From Ginkgo biloba (taxonomy: Eukaryota; Plantae; Ginkgophyta): DNA of 20,685 nt. How positions within the stretch are numbered: the first letter of the stretch is position 1; every line of letters begins with the position of its first letter. Of the stretch, positions 1 through 11,612 are shown piece after piece. The stretch lies in the NCBI GenBank assembly GCA_024626585.2, contig JANKJI020000002.1:58828605-58849289 (forward strand). The letters are read 5' to 3'. Under the pieces are notes generated by a model. The model had not been told where the DNA came from. It made no database searches and was given only the letters and a program-made list of their open reading frames with translations. The translations under genes were made by a program, and so were the position numbers.

Positions 1-3000
1 TGAAGGCAGGGTTATTACAAATATTCCTATCCATCACTCTACCTTTGACCTTTTATAAGCAAGAAAGCCCCCTCTGGCGACCAATTCCTCGATGTGAGAA
101 CCCACTATCCCTAGATCCCCCATTCTTTGCCAACTTCATTCAATATCCACCAACCATTGAAAAAACTAAAATCAAGCAAAGGCAAAGAACTTACAGGACC
201 AAACAATTCACCCGAATTCCTTCAAACTGTGCCATGTATCAATTGCTCTCTAGATGACTACTCTTTAATTGTCACCTGCTCCTTGGCCATCAACTACTCT
301 CTAGGCATCTTCAACCTCTTTGTGTCTTCCATCAACTTCCCCCAAAATAATCAACTAAAGCAGTTCGAAGTTGGAGAATGCTCCCAAGTGAATCTCTTTA
401 TTCACATGCACTCCAATACTTGATTAGCAATGTGCATACTACTCTAACACTAATTTCCAAACTTGCTAATTTAATGAGTACAACTTCTTCAAGCTTAAAT
501 TTGAAGAATAGGAGTATCCCAAAGTAATTAAAGCCAAGCAATCAACTAGGCACATGAAGCCCAAGTATTAGTCATGCAATCCCAAAAGAGTATTTTTCTT
601 AGAGCAATAGGATCAAAAGAGGACTAACAAATATCACAAGATCATGAACCAAACTTGAATGCAAAGATGAAGGACGTCTTAACAACTTGTACAACAACAA
701 TGATTAAAGATCCACAAACAACTCACAATGATTCTATTCCATTCAAATGACACTCATTGATTATGTACAGACGATAAAGTGCATACAGCATACCTTAAAA
801 CAGACAACCGAGATCACACCAAAACAAACAACAATCATTATTGCAACGATATGAACAACTATTTATTTTTGTAATCTTGATGAATCATAGTTTGTTCGTG
901 TTGAAAATAGATTTCAAACATTTATATATAAGATGCTATGATTATGTATCAAAAAGAGATTAGATATGTAATTACACTATAGATTATAAAAATATATATT
1001 TTGCATTGCAGTATGGACTTGGTTCATCAANNNNNNNNNNNNNNNNNNNNNNNNNNNNNNNNNNNNNNNNNNNNNNNNNNNNNNNNNNNNNNNNNNNNNN
1101 NNNNNNNNNNNNNNNNNNNNNNNNNNNNNNTATTGGGTAGATATAGACCTTATGCTATAAGAAACGTAGCTGTTATACGAATACATGCCCATCCTCTCAA
1201 AACACTTGATAGTCAGCCTAACCTCCCAACAAGCCCACATAAAGGATCCATAAATCTATTGCCTCAAGTTGAGACTGCATCACCAGTTGATAGGAGAGAT
1301 ATTTCCACTTCCACTTCCACTTCTTCATAAACTACTATATTGCCTCCCAGGGCCATGCAACAAAACACCATCACAACAAACCTTTCATCAGATGACATAC
1401 TCCGAGAGGTGTTGGGAGATTATATAGCAGTGGATTTAGTTGGATGCGACCAGCGATGTAAATACTTATCTCGAGGCTTCCGCTGTTCAATGACTTCCAA
1501 ATATGTTACAAGTACAACAGTTCTGTACTTGTGAGTTTATGACAAACAATTTTCATGTACCTTTGTTTCCTTTATTTTATGTTAACCATCTTAGTTTCTT
1601 AGGCTAAAGGTGCTTTATGTACTCCTCTTGATTTATCGTACATGTCCCTTTTATATAGTCTCTTGGTCATTTGTGGACATTAATAAAATTTCTCTCTCTC
1701 TTTCTTTCTTTATTAGTGGCCTTCAGCTTGATCATGTACACTTTTTGCCGATGATGATGCAGTCTGTAATGATGGACCTCAAAAGCACATGATTTTATTC
1801 TCTGTTGCACTTGTTGATTGTCAATCCCCTTTTTCACTCTCTCTTGTAATATTCAGTAATTTTCAATTTAGCTGCTGATAGGCTTGTTGCTAGCTTCCTT
1901 TTCTTTGAGCCATGTTTGACAGACTCAGAGATTGTCTGCACATGATGTGATGCTGGTAAGCCTACTGCGACTGTTTTTATTCTATTGTATCATGTATGTA
2001 ATTCCCTCCTATTTAATGGGCCATTTCCTTACAAGAAATAAAAAGGTGCTGAAAGGTTCTCCAACATAATACTGAAAAATGTTGATCTTTAAGAATACTC
2101 ACAGTATAACTGTTTATTACTTGTTTAGAAGAAGACATACTGTATACCAGCAGCCTTTCCGGTATGGCAAAACAAATTACATGTTATTGTTCAATATCAA
2201 CTCATATATCGTTGTTACTTCCATCACCTAATGGAACAAAAGTGACATAACTGATGCATCCATAATTGTAAACCAATGACGCTGTAGGAAGGGCCAATTA
2301 GATGGAGGAGAGACTAGGTCCTTGCTAATAATGAACTACATGCAATAATAAGCAGGACAAAAGAAAAGAAATTAAAAAGAGACATCTGACAATTCTAAGC
2401 ATAAACATCAACAGAGTAATAAAAAATAATGAACACCACCATGGAGGGGCATTGGAAGCATCCACACCTATGTTGAGTAACTCTTCATTACATAAATTAG
2501 TTTTTAATATTTATTGGATTCAAATTATTTTTTTAATTTATTTTTTTATATAATGGAAGACAATATACAATTTATTTTAGACCCGAATTATATTTTANNN
2601 NNNNNNNNNNNNNNNNNNNNNNNNNNNNNNNNNNNNNNNNNNNNNNNNNNNNNNNNNNNNAAACTAGTCTGTTACCTATGACAAATATTTTCCATGGGAA
2701 ATGGTTTTATTCTCCTATTACAGTTCCCTATTCACTCCACCCCAATTGATATGCCCATATCTATATGCAATACCAATAATAATTAAATTAAATGACTAAG
2801 ATGAAAGTTCAAATTGATGGTAGGAAGAGATGAAGTTAAAAAAAGGCTTTTTACCCAAGAAAATTTGTGACCAAGAAATGGAGAATCAAAATTAGTCCAC
2901 TCCTATCTTGGACATTAATTCCACATCTTCCTGCAAAACTCATGTTCACTAATACAATGCGATACATCTAATGCACCCATGTTCAACATCTCCTTATATG

Positions 3001-4262
3001 ACCAGAAACAAAGCTTGTATAAATAAAAAATATAAAAATATTATATATAAATACTCTAGAATCTTCCTGAAGGTGGATTTCATATTAACCTATATCTTAG
3101 CAATTAGGTTCTTTTGTGCACTATCTATAGGTTATTTANNNNNNNNNNNNNNNNNNNNNNNNNNNNNNNNNNNNNNNNNNNNNNNNNNNNNNNNNNNNNN
3201 NNNNNNNNNNNNNNNNNNNNNNNNNNNNNNNNNNNNNNNNNNNNNNNNNNNNNNNNNNNNNNNNNNNNNNNNNNNNNNNNNNNNNNNNNNNNNNNNNNNN
3301 NNNNNNNNNNNNNNNNNNNNNNNNNNNNNNNNNNNNNNNNNNNNNNNNNNNNNNNNNNNNNNNNNNNNNNNNNNNNNNNNNNNNNNNNNNNNNNNNNNNN
3401 NNNNNNNNNNNNNNNNNNNNNNNNNNNNNNNNNNNNNNNNNNNNNNNNNNNNNNNNNNNNNNNNNNNNNNNNNNNNNNNNNNNNNNNNNNNNNNNNNNNN
3501 NNNNNNNNNNNNNNNNNNNNNNNNNNNNNNNNNNNNNNNNNNNNNNNNNNNNNNNNNNNNNNNNNNNNNNNNNNNNNNNNNNNNNNNNNNNNNNNNNNNN
3601 NNNNNNNNNNNNNNNNNNNNNNNNNNNNNNNNNNNNNNNNNNNNNNNNNNNNNNNNNNNNNNNNNNNNNNNNNNNNNNNNNNNNNNNNNNNNNNNNNNNN
3701 NNNNNNNNNNNNNNNNNNNNNNNNNNNNNNNNNNNNNNNNNNNNNNNNNNNNNNNNNNNNNNNNNNNNNNNNNNNNNNNNNNNNNNNNNNNNNNNNNNNN
3801 NNNNNNNNNNNNNNNNNNNNNNNNNNNNNNNNNNNNNNNNNNNNNNNNNNNNNNNNNNNNNNNNNNNNNNNNNNNNNNNNNNNNNNNNNNNNNNNNNNNN
3901 NNNNNNNNNNNNNNNNNNNNNNNNNNNNNNNNNNNNNNNNNNNNNNNNNNNNNNNNNNNNNNNNNNNNNNNCGCATGGCAAACAGAATTTAGTCTAGTGG
4001 CAAGTCAGCAGGTTCGCCTCTCTTAGGCCCATTTACACGAGAAAGAAAATACTGCAAAATTCTGAAAAGCATCGGTTACTAGTTCAATTCCCATGGCGTC
4101 ACCAGAGGCACTAATCGTTCTGGAACAGTTTGATCCTGAAAATGATCCTGGCTAAAATTGTACTTACTAATTCTGCTTTGTATTTCCATGCACTTGCATA
4201 ATCATTTTGCCAAATGTGATGACACACTTGCAAGAAAAAGTTGATAGCAATAATAAATTTAC
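1..4262 (-). other. AUG6 intronic sequence downstream of exon 1 (an exon could be hidden in the N gaps, especially 3139-3971)
   Basis: Begins at the GT donor 4262-4261. I could not find the expected next peptide (DF..VWPIFD.AQSRDFRK) or later AUG6 motifs in the called bases; candidate acceptors near 4135, 4063 and 2931 lead to unrelated frames with stops. Confidence 0.65.
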
Positions 4263-4505
4263 CTTGGCAGATTGTGCAGGACCTCGAAGGGCGCATAGGA
4301 GAAAATGAAGCAACGTCTCTCCCATTCTAGGATTAGAATGTCTGAAGAGACCCGCCCTGGGAGCTCCAGATTGCCCTAGAACGGAGGCATCGAGACCTAA
4401 AAGCAAACAATTGCTGTACATGGCGGCTTCCAGTTCAAATTCTCGCTCGCGTTCCCTGTCCTTCTCCTTTTCCCGTTCTCTCTCCTTATCTTTTGATGTC
4501 TCCAT
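4263..4505 (-). CDS. AUG6: Augmin (HAUS) complex subunit 6, first coding exon (81 codons, phase-0 donor)
   Basis: Translation [10 protein letters not shown]...[61 protein letters not shown] closely matches the plant AUG6 N-terminus as I recall it ([16 protein letters not shown]...[30 protein letters not shown]). Similarity stops exactly at AAG|GTAAAT, a canonical donor (GT at 4262-4261); the exon is 243 nt. Confidence 0.93.
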
Positions 4506-4583
4506 TGGCCTCCTCTTCCTGCACTGAAAATGTGTAGCAGACCGAGAACAAAATGCTTGGCTTCCTGGCTCTTGGTTAACAAC

Positions 4584-4870
4584 AGAGGGTTTATATACGT
4601 GTTTAAATTAATACTTTATACTTGGGCTAAATTGGAGATATAGTTTAGATGTATGAGTACGAATTGAGACATTAACCGCAGATTAAGAGTAAAAACGCAA
4701 TAAAATAAATATTTGAATTTTTCGCCGATGACAGCATAGGTCAGCAACCGGCCGGCTGAGGCGCCAACAGCATGGGTCGCATGATCGAGTCTCGCCAGGA
4801 GCCTGCTCGAATCCCCGATTTTCGTCTCGTCCGCTGTCGTAATATCCGTAGTTATTGTGGGCCTTGGTTT
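4584..4870 (-). promoter_or_regulatory. AUG6 core and proximal promoter
   Basis: TATATAAA on the minus strand at 4597-4590, overlapping a telo-box-like AAACCCT, about 85 nt upstream of the ATG. Site II-like TGGGCT at 4623-4628 and TGGGCC at 4858-4863; E2F-like TTTCGCCG at 4720-4727. CpG-dense GC-rich patch at ~4720-4850 in otherwise CpG-depleted DNA. Confidence 0.6.
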
Positions 4871-5598
4871 TGAGTAGAGTTGGTATTTTATAGTTGACGA
4901 GATACCAAGAGCAAGGTCTATGCATCTTAAAGGAAGGTACTATGGTGGGGATTGAAGTCGCATTCACGATTATAGTGGGGTTTGGTTATAGTGGGGTTTG
5001 GGATAGGGTTGTGATTTTTAACAAGTATAGCAATTACCTCTCAACTTATAAACGGTTTAGTAGAGAGTGTGGTTGTACGGGGAGTCTATTTGGTAGCATA
5101 CTCACTCTTATCTATCACAGAACTATCACTCTCCCCAATACTAGCATTGCTTAATAGTTCATACTGCTAAATAGAGTAGTGATTTTAATGTTGTAGTAAC
5201 AATACCAAGAAGCCAACATAGGTTTGTCCAATAGCGGAAATTTAGCCACACTCAATCTATAGTAGCATAAACTCTAGAGGAGATCAATTGCAACACCATA
5301 AAAGGCCACTTAATACTAAAACATTCAAAGCACGACAATATGCAATGCAGCTATCCAATCCCACCATCCAATGTTCCCTTGTAAAATGATAGCTTATGTA
5401 TTATGCTAAGAACTTCTCTCTCTTCCTTTATCAACCCCCTCTTTGATTTTCTAACATGTTATGTTCCCCTTATAGAATGTTTGCATGTGCTACTATGTTA
5501 AAAACTTCACTTAACTTCAAATTTAGGTATCTTAGCCCTTATTATGGTCAAATGATTTGCCTAAAGAATCCACAATGAGTAAACAAGATTGGAGATCA

Positions 5599-5611
5599 AC
5601 TTTTGATACCA
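5599..5611 (-). other. Possible degenerate tRNA-iMet primer-binding site of an LTR retrotransposon
   Basis: Minus strand reads TGGTATCAAAAGT versus consensus TGGTATCAGAGC; no clear LTR terminus or gag next to it. Confidence 0.25.
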
Positions 5612-7398
5612 ACTACAGATCAAACTCCTTAAACTATATGAAGCACACGCCAACCCCACCATTTTGGCAATAATTAAACAAAGCTTTGAGTTTTTTAGCT
5701 ACTTTTATTTTTCTCAAAGATTAGAACTCTTAGGATTATTTTATCTGAGGTGACTCGTTGCCTCTAAAATTATGAATCTAAGCCTCACTTTAGCATCCCC
5801 TAAATAATATTTGCAAGTATGCTAAGATAAGCAACAAAAAACACCTTATTTACCAACTGCGTGTAATGGGGACTTAGTTCCTAAAAATGTCATGATGGAG
5901 AGGTATAAAAAAATTAAGTAGCCCCTCCCTTATGGTCATGCTCAAACTACAATTTAGGAACTCGTGGAGAAATAAAAAAGTAATATCATTAGAAAAGATC
6001 AAATCTTAACGTAAAACGAAAGGAATGCTTATTATATAGGATGCATCTTCTAAATAATTACTAGAGAGGAAAGGGATGGCATTTGCATCTATTGTTTAAG
6101 AGTTTGTAATTAAGACATATTAAACTCCTATAATCCCCTTTAGCAAGNNNNNNNNNNNNNNNNNNNNNNNNNNNNNNNTCGCCAAGAACATAACATCTAC
6201 AATTCATCTTAACAAATCAACATGAAAGAAAGTTCTTGTCCTTATTATTATTATAAATTCCACATAGAAATGCATAGGCTTATAAAATTACGTTATAGCC
6301 CTTCCAATACAAAAATATAAAAGCAATCCCTACTCCATGGAAGTTAAAGATAAGGGGACTTTAAGAGAATATGATGGATATGTTTTAAGTGGAGGATATT
6401 AGTGGTTATGTTTATGGTTGCTAAGAGGTCTCCTAGGGAGCTAAGCATATTGTGATTCTACGGAATGAGAAAGACGGGACTTGAGGGGAGTGGGGGAAAT
6501 CCTAAAAAGAAGAAGCCCTTACTATGTAGGAAGTCTCTATTTAGATACTATTCAAGAAGGGAGGTTGACTTCAACTAACATGACTTAGCACCTTGATATG
6601 ACACTTAACGCACTATTTATCTTTTCAAAACACTTATTTTGATCTTTTTATTCTTCATAAACCATCTTGTACATACTCATGCACACTATCACATTTATTA
6701 TTTTTTAGAATTAATACATTTATATATAGTTAAGATGAATGAAATGTGCATGTTAATTATAACACAAACTACACGAATAAAATGAATACATGATAACACC
6801 CTCTATGTGTATTTGTACCATCACACGTTGATATCATTGCCATGTGAATAAATAACAAAAACAAACATGTATATGATCTTCATAATCACACACACACACA
6901 TTGAAAAAATAAAAAATAAATAAATAAAAAGGATTATAAAAATCACACTCTTCCCTCATAATTTTATCAATCATTAGGAAGAGGGGTGGGGACCTTAGCC
7001 TTAAGTCTACAAATAAAAGTGTTTCAAGGAGATCTCATTGATAAGATNNNNNNNNNNNNNNGTTTGATCAAAATAGGAAAGATGATAAGCACCATTTTGT
7101 ACCACCATAATGACTAAAAAGGGACTTAACCAAGGAAAGCTTTAGTGGATTGGCAACTATCTATATTTTTAAAATTTTATAAAATAAAATTGTAAATAGA
7201 AAATATTCCTAAAAACATTAACCAATGTTTCATACCTTGTTTTAGAAAATTTTAGTATATTGGTTACATTTAGATTCTTGTATAATTAAATATAAATTCT
7301 TGATGTGAATTTACATACAGTACATAAAACCCTTATAATTTATANNNNNNNNNNNNNNNNNNNNNNNNNNNNNNNNNNNNNNNNNNNNNNNNNNNNNN

Positions 7399-7892
7399 GG
7401 ATCTAATCAATATGGCTTCAATTTACTAGGGCATAAGTTCTTAGTAGTTTCATTAAAGCATAGAACTAAACCACTAAACTTGTAAGAGTAAGGCATTATT
7501 TGTCAATCAAATATAATTTTCACTTGTTTAATGTGGCCTTTTAAATCTTCTAACAATGATGATTATCCTCATCAAAATGGCTTCAATTTACTAGGGCCTA
7601 ACTTCTTAGTAGTTTCATCAAAGTATAGAACTAATCCACTAACCTTATAAGAGTGAGGCATTATTTGACAATCAAATATAATTTAATTTATAATTTGCAC
7701 CTCTTTAGTGTGGCCCTCTAAATCTTCTAACATTGAAGATTATCCTCATCCAATTGCTTGAATTTTACAAGCAATATAGCATAGTCCTAAATGGAATGTA
7801 ATTGATTATGATCGATTATTTTAAGGAGTTTGCCCCTCAAGAGAAAGCATGTCTCTCACCCATACACAAGAAAGGAGGGAGTAAATCATATT
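7399..7892 (-). mobile_element. Decayed Ty3/gypsy (Athila/Tat-type) integrase C-terminal region
   Basis: Minus-strand translation with stops and a frameshift: TPSFLVYG*E...FKQLDEDNLQ/LEDLEGHTKEVQII..FDCQIMPHSYKVSGLVLYFDETTKKLGPSKLKP, ending KLKPY*LDP at the gap. This follows the gypsy integrase order TPFxLVYGxE...LxxLDExRxxA...FD...FxVGDLVL...GKLxPxWxGPY. Confidence 0.8.
7412..7753. repeat. Tandem duplication, 165-bp unit (second copy 177 bp with a 12-bp insertion)
   Basis: ATGGCTTCAATTTACTAGGGC...GATTATCCTCATC starts at 7412 and again at 7577; the copies are colinear with scattered substitutions. Confidence 0.95.
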
Positions 7893-7993
7893 NNNNNNNN
7901 NNNNNNNNNNNNNNNNNNNNNNNNNNNNNNNNNNNNNNNNNNNNNNNNNNNNNNNNNNNNNNNNNNNNNNNNNNNNNNNNNNNNNNNNNNNNC

Positions 7994-8123
7994 AACTCTG
8001 CTATGTATCTAAAAAATTGTGATGGGATGAAACTATAAATACAAAGACAACCATAAAGAGTTGATTATTTTAGATGAGAAAAATTGAGTGTGTGTGACTT
8101 AAAGGAGAATTGGAGATGCCTAG
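7994..8123 (+). mobile_element. Possible highly decayed Ty1/copia integrase fragment
   Basis: NSAMYLKN...EKLSVCDLK loosely parallels copia NTAVYLKNR...GKKPSVSHLKVFG. Needs several stops and frameshifts; weak. Confidence 0.25.
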
Positions 8124-8290
8124 AGGAACAAAAATAATACATCAGATTCATGGATGGGGTTTTTCTCCACTTTTTGTATTTCCAATAAAACATCACACAC
8201 AATTTAAATATAGCTCTCAATCTTCATCTCCAATATTTACTGTCATATGAAAGATATTATTTTCAATATGAGTGGCCATTCCGTTTAATG

Positions 8291-8330
8291 GGAGGACAAA
8301 TTGGAAGTGAGGAGGACAAAATGGAAGTGA
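8291..8330. repeat. 20-bp tandem duplication
   Basis: GGAGGACAAATTGGAAGTGA followed by GGAGGACAAAATGGAAGTGA (1 mismatch). Confidence 0.9.
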
Positions 8331-8753
8331 GAATGATCGATACTAAATTGATAAAAAATTCCAATTGATGTAATGGATAATGAAATTAAATATCCGTCAT
8401 TGTTCTTTATGAAGAAATTTGAATGAGAACACTATTTTTTACATAATGGTGACTCACAGAGAGATAAAACTATTATTCTATCAATCAGTGGTGGATTTGG
8501 CATTGACATGAGCAAAAGAATCATTCAATTTTAGTGTATCACAATCTAATTTATTTGAGTAAATTTCAAATCACACATACTCTCACGTTTATATAAAATA
8601 ATATTAAATAGTAAACATATAATTTATAAATTAAATATCAAATATAAAATACATAAAGTATATATATATATAATTCAAAAGGATTAGATACTTTATGTAT
8701 GTATAAATTTAAAAAAATATTTATACAATCACAGGTTTGTGATAGCACTATCG

Positions 8754-8817
8754 CTACATTCACTCTTTTTTATTTAATTCTTTCTCATGACTACATTCAC
8801 TCTTTTTCGTTTAATTC
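8754..8817. repeat. 27-bp direct repeat, period 37
   Basis: CTACATTCACTCTTTTTTATTTAATTC (8754-8780) and CTACATTCACTCTTTTTCGTTTAATTC (8791-8817). Confidence 0.85.
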
Positions 8818-9886
8818 ATAGAGAAAGTGTCCAATCATGATAGAGAGTAATTACAATAGTTTTCGAATTCACTTCATAAAGAGTCTTTATCTTTTTTCGC
8901 CCACCCCAACATTTCGTCTATAAAATTTTCAATAGTTGATTGTACGTTTATTTTCTTTCATAAGTAAAGCAGTGAATGGGGAGAGTAATGAATCATAATA
9001 GGTTAATTATATGAAAAAGAATGATGATCTTAGACCATGCGCGACTTGGAGGATGTTGATAAGTGCATTCTAAATTATTGTGGCTACTTGACTTTGATCA
9101 TGGTGGGAATAACAACACTATCCCTCTCTTCTACTTTGCTTTGAATTACATTTAAGACGTATTTAAATGGAAGCCGCAATAATTTCAATACAAAAATGTA
9201 TAATCTAAAATTATGAATGGAAATAGGGGGTAGAAGTTGAGTCCAACAAATAAACGAAAAGACATAAAAAAAAAAAAAAAATCACATTTCAATAAAATAT
9301 CACAAAGAATAAACTAAATGCCATAAATAAGATACAAAGAATATGCAAAGATCAGGTAGGTGGGTATGTAATTGGCTGCAGTCTACCTTCAAACCATTGC
9401 AATCAAGTTAATCCATTGCATATTTGTGTGCATGATTGGGAGAAGATAGTCCAATAATATAAAGGCAATGCATAATTAAAATTTTCCATGCATATTAAAG
9501 AGTTTAAATATTGACTCAAGTGCAACATTCATTGATTTGTTGGTTGGGCATTATCAAATGTAACATTATTACATAATTTTTTATTTTATTACTAAGAGTG
9601 CATATCATGGATCAAGGATGTATCATTNNNNNNNNNNNNNNNNNNNNNNNNNNNNNNNNNNNNNNNNNNNNNNNNNNNNNNNNNNNNNNNNNNNNNNNNN
9701 NNNNNNNNNNNNNNNNNNNNNNNNNNNTCTAATGGTTAGATTTTTTGATGTTTAGATAGTTGAGGGTGACCCTAAGTTCATTGGAAATGTCCTTAACTGT
9801 TTAATTTTTATTTATTATTTTTTTTTTGAATGAAAATGGTCGACATCAGTAATTAGCACAATATTGTAGAGGGACACTATGTACTA

Positions 9887-9906
9887 GTGTGTGTGTGTGT
9901 GTGTGT
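9887..9906. repeat. (GT)10 microsatellite
   Basis: Direct reading of the sequence. Confidence 0.95.
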
Positions 9907-11549
9907 GAGTAGAACTGCTAATTTACGATCATAAATCAATGAGGTGGAGATTCCCTTGGATTTTATAGGATTCAATTACAAAAAAGTATGGAAGGTTAAT
10001 ATAGGATCTAATGAAGCATATGAAAGGCTTATCAATCTTGGAAACTCTCTCCAAATCTTTCAGAATCATTAAAGACCTACACAAAAATAAGATTAGATGG
10101 ATTATTTTATTAATTATGGTAAAATAATTGCATAAAAGGCATTAAAAAGTGTAATTATTGATTGATTGTCCCTATTCTACCCAAAATTCTATCTAGAGAG
10201 TCACATGCAATCTCTCATTATATAATTTTAATAAATGAGACCCCTAATGTGTATTATATTTTGGTCCCCACTTAAGAGAAACTTCTTAGGGAGAGATATT
10301 GTTGTGAATTTAGTGTCGATGTTGAAAATCTAGTGGTACTATCAAGAACCCAAAAAGTGTTGGAGGATTGTATTGAATAGGTAATCAAAATCTATGTTGA
10401 TCTCTCTGTGTATGTGTCATAGACAGACTATTGGAAATTTGGCTATCAAAGCTCTAGNNNNNNNNNNTGTTGGATGTGTAACTTCTTAAAGTTAGTTTAT
10501 CTCATTGACCACAAGTAGAGAATCTATGAAGAGGTCAATGTGAGAATGATAAAATGAAAGAGTATTGGTGAGGGAACCAATTACTACAACATATTCAGTA
10601 ATATTATTACTTGCATGAGGCAAAAAAAGGTTGACATTAATCAAGTCATCTCTTAAGTAGGTCTTAATGATCTAGGTAGTTGTTGAAGGGCCCAAGTTTT
10701 CTCCATTTCCTTCGTCTATAAATAAGATTAAGGATTCATTAAGTATTAATTGATCCATTAATCAAGGTAATATTGTTATTCTATTTAGGAAGGGTGAGAA
10801 TTTAATTTTTACTCTTCTAGTATTATCATAGTATGCTTGTTTAGATTTTTATATAAAGTATTGTTTAAATCCATAGGAAATGACTAGTGACTGCTAATGA
10901 ATACAACAAACTAAAATTACTAGACCAACCCCACACATAGGCATGTATTTTATGGGAAAAAAAAGTGAAATAAAAGCAACACATCCATAAGACTTAAACC
11001 TAACATAAGTAAACACAACTCTTTGGCTTTATACGTGAGCCAATTTTAACTTCCATTGTACTATAAGATATTATACAGTGAAAAAGGATCTCTTAGGTTA
11101 CGTTGACCATTGCTTACTTATATTTGTTCATCAAAGTGGTGATAGTTGAGCACCAAGGTTAGTCACAAGTTTTAAACTTTGTCAGATATTTTTGGGTTGT
11201 GTGTATGTTGGGGGAAAAGAGAGGGAAGAGAAAGAAAAGAATATACTCCTATGTGGGATGGATGCGTTAAGACCTTAACAAGACTGTGTCTAGATTTCCC
11301 TCTTTTTCTATTGAATGGAATTTTATGATCTACTTTTATTAAAACATATTCTTACAAAACAAAATTTTGTCAATGCCTTGACCCATCAACCAAAGAAATT
11401 TTCTTTATACTCGTGAAAGATGTCATGTAATCTTATAATTACATGTCTCTTCTAATCAAATAATAGTTAAGAAATAACATCAATCTTAGTAAGGTTGCCT
11501 TTCATGTTTTGTTTTATTATTTAAAACTAGTAGTTTATGTAGTAAATGG

Positions 11550-11612
11550 GCACAAGAATCTTGTAGGAAAAACTAGCCCAAAAGCACAAGAATTATGTGG
11601 AATAACTAGCCC
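11550..11612. repeat. ~30-bp direct repeat, period 34
   Basis: GCACAAGAATCTTGTAGGAAAAACTAGCCC and GCACAAGAATTATGTGGAATAACTAGCCC. Confidence 0.8.

Noticed and set aside
1872-1960. Possible plus-strand exon bounded by AG and GTAAG
   Set aside because: Stops in all three frames of the 84-nt version, no recognisable peptide and no partner exons.
2971-4026. Long ORFs of 281-351 aa, and similar X-filled ORFs near 977-1330, 7802-8038, 13780-14308, 16112-16452, 17849-18067 and 19058-19303
   Set aside because: Their length comes from translating N runs; they are not intact genes.
4082-4104. tRNA-like 3' end GTTCAATTCCCATGGCGTCACCA
   Set aside because: No T-stem pairing, and no matching acceptor 5' strand or A box upstream.
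4167-4262. C-terminal 31 aa of the 112-aa ORF (VNLLLLSTF...)
   Set aside because: Read-through past the AAG|GT donor into the intron; AUG6 similarity ends at the donor.
4683-5154. ORFs 4683-4967 (-) and 4894-5154 (+), and a 33-codon plus-strand ORF in the CpG patch
   Set aside because: No recognisable motifs; short ORFs are expected in GC-richer promoter DNA.
5061-5175. Imperfect inverted repeats (CTATTTGGTAGCA / TACTGCTAAATAG) suggesting a MITE or miRNA hairpin
   Set aside because: Arms are short and mismatched, with no TSD or continuous ~21-bp duplex.
9021-9100. Box C (ATGATGA) followed by CATGCGCG, a possible C/D snoRNA
   Set aside because: No CTGA box D or terminal stem; the putative rRNA complement is too short.
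10321-10850. RT-like IKIYVD, PBS-like TGGCTATCAAAGC (10440) and LTR-like CTATAAATA (10716)
   Set aside because: Each signal is weak and they do not form a consistent element order; probably old TE debris but not assignable.
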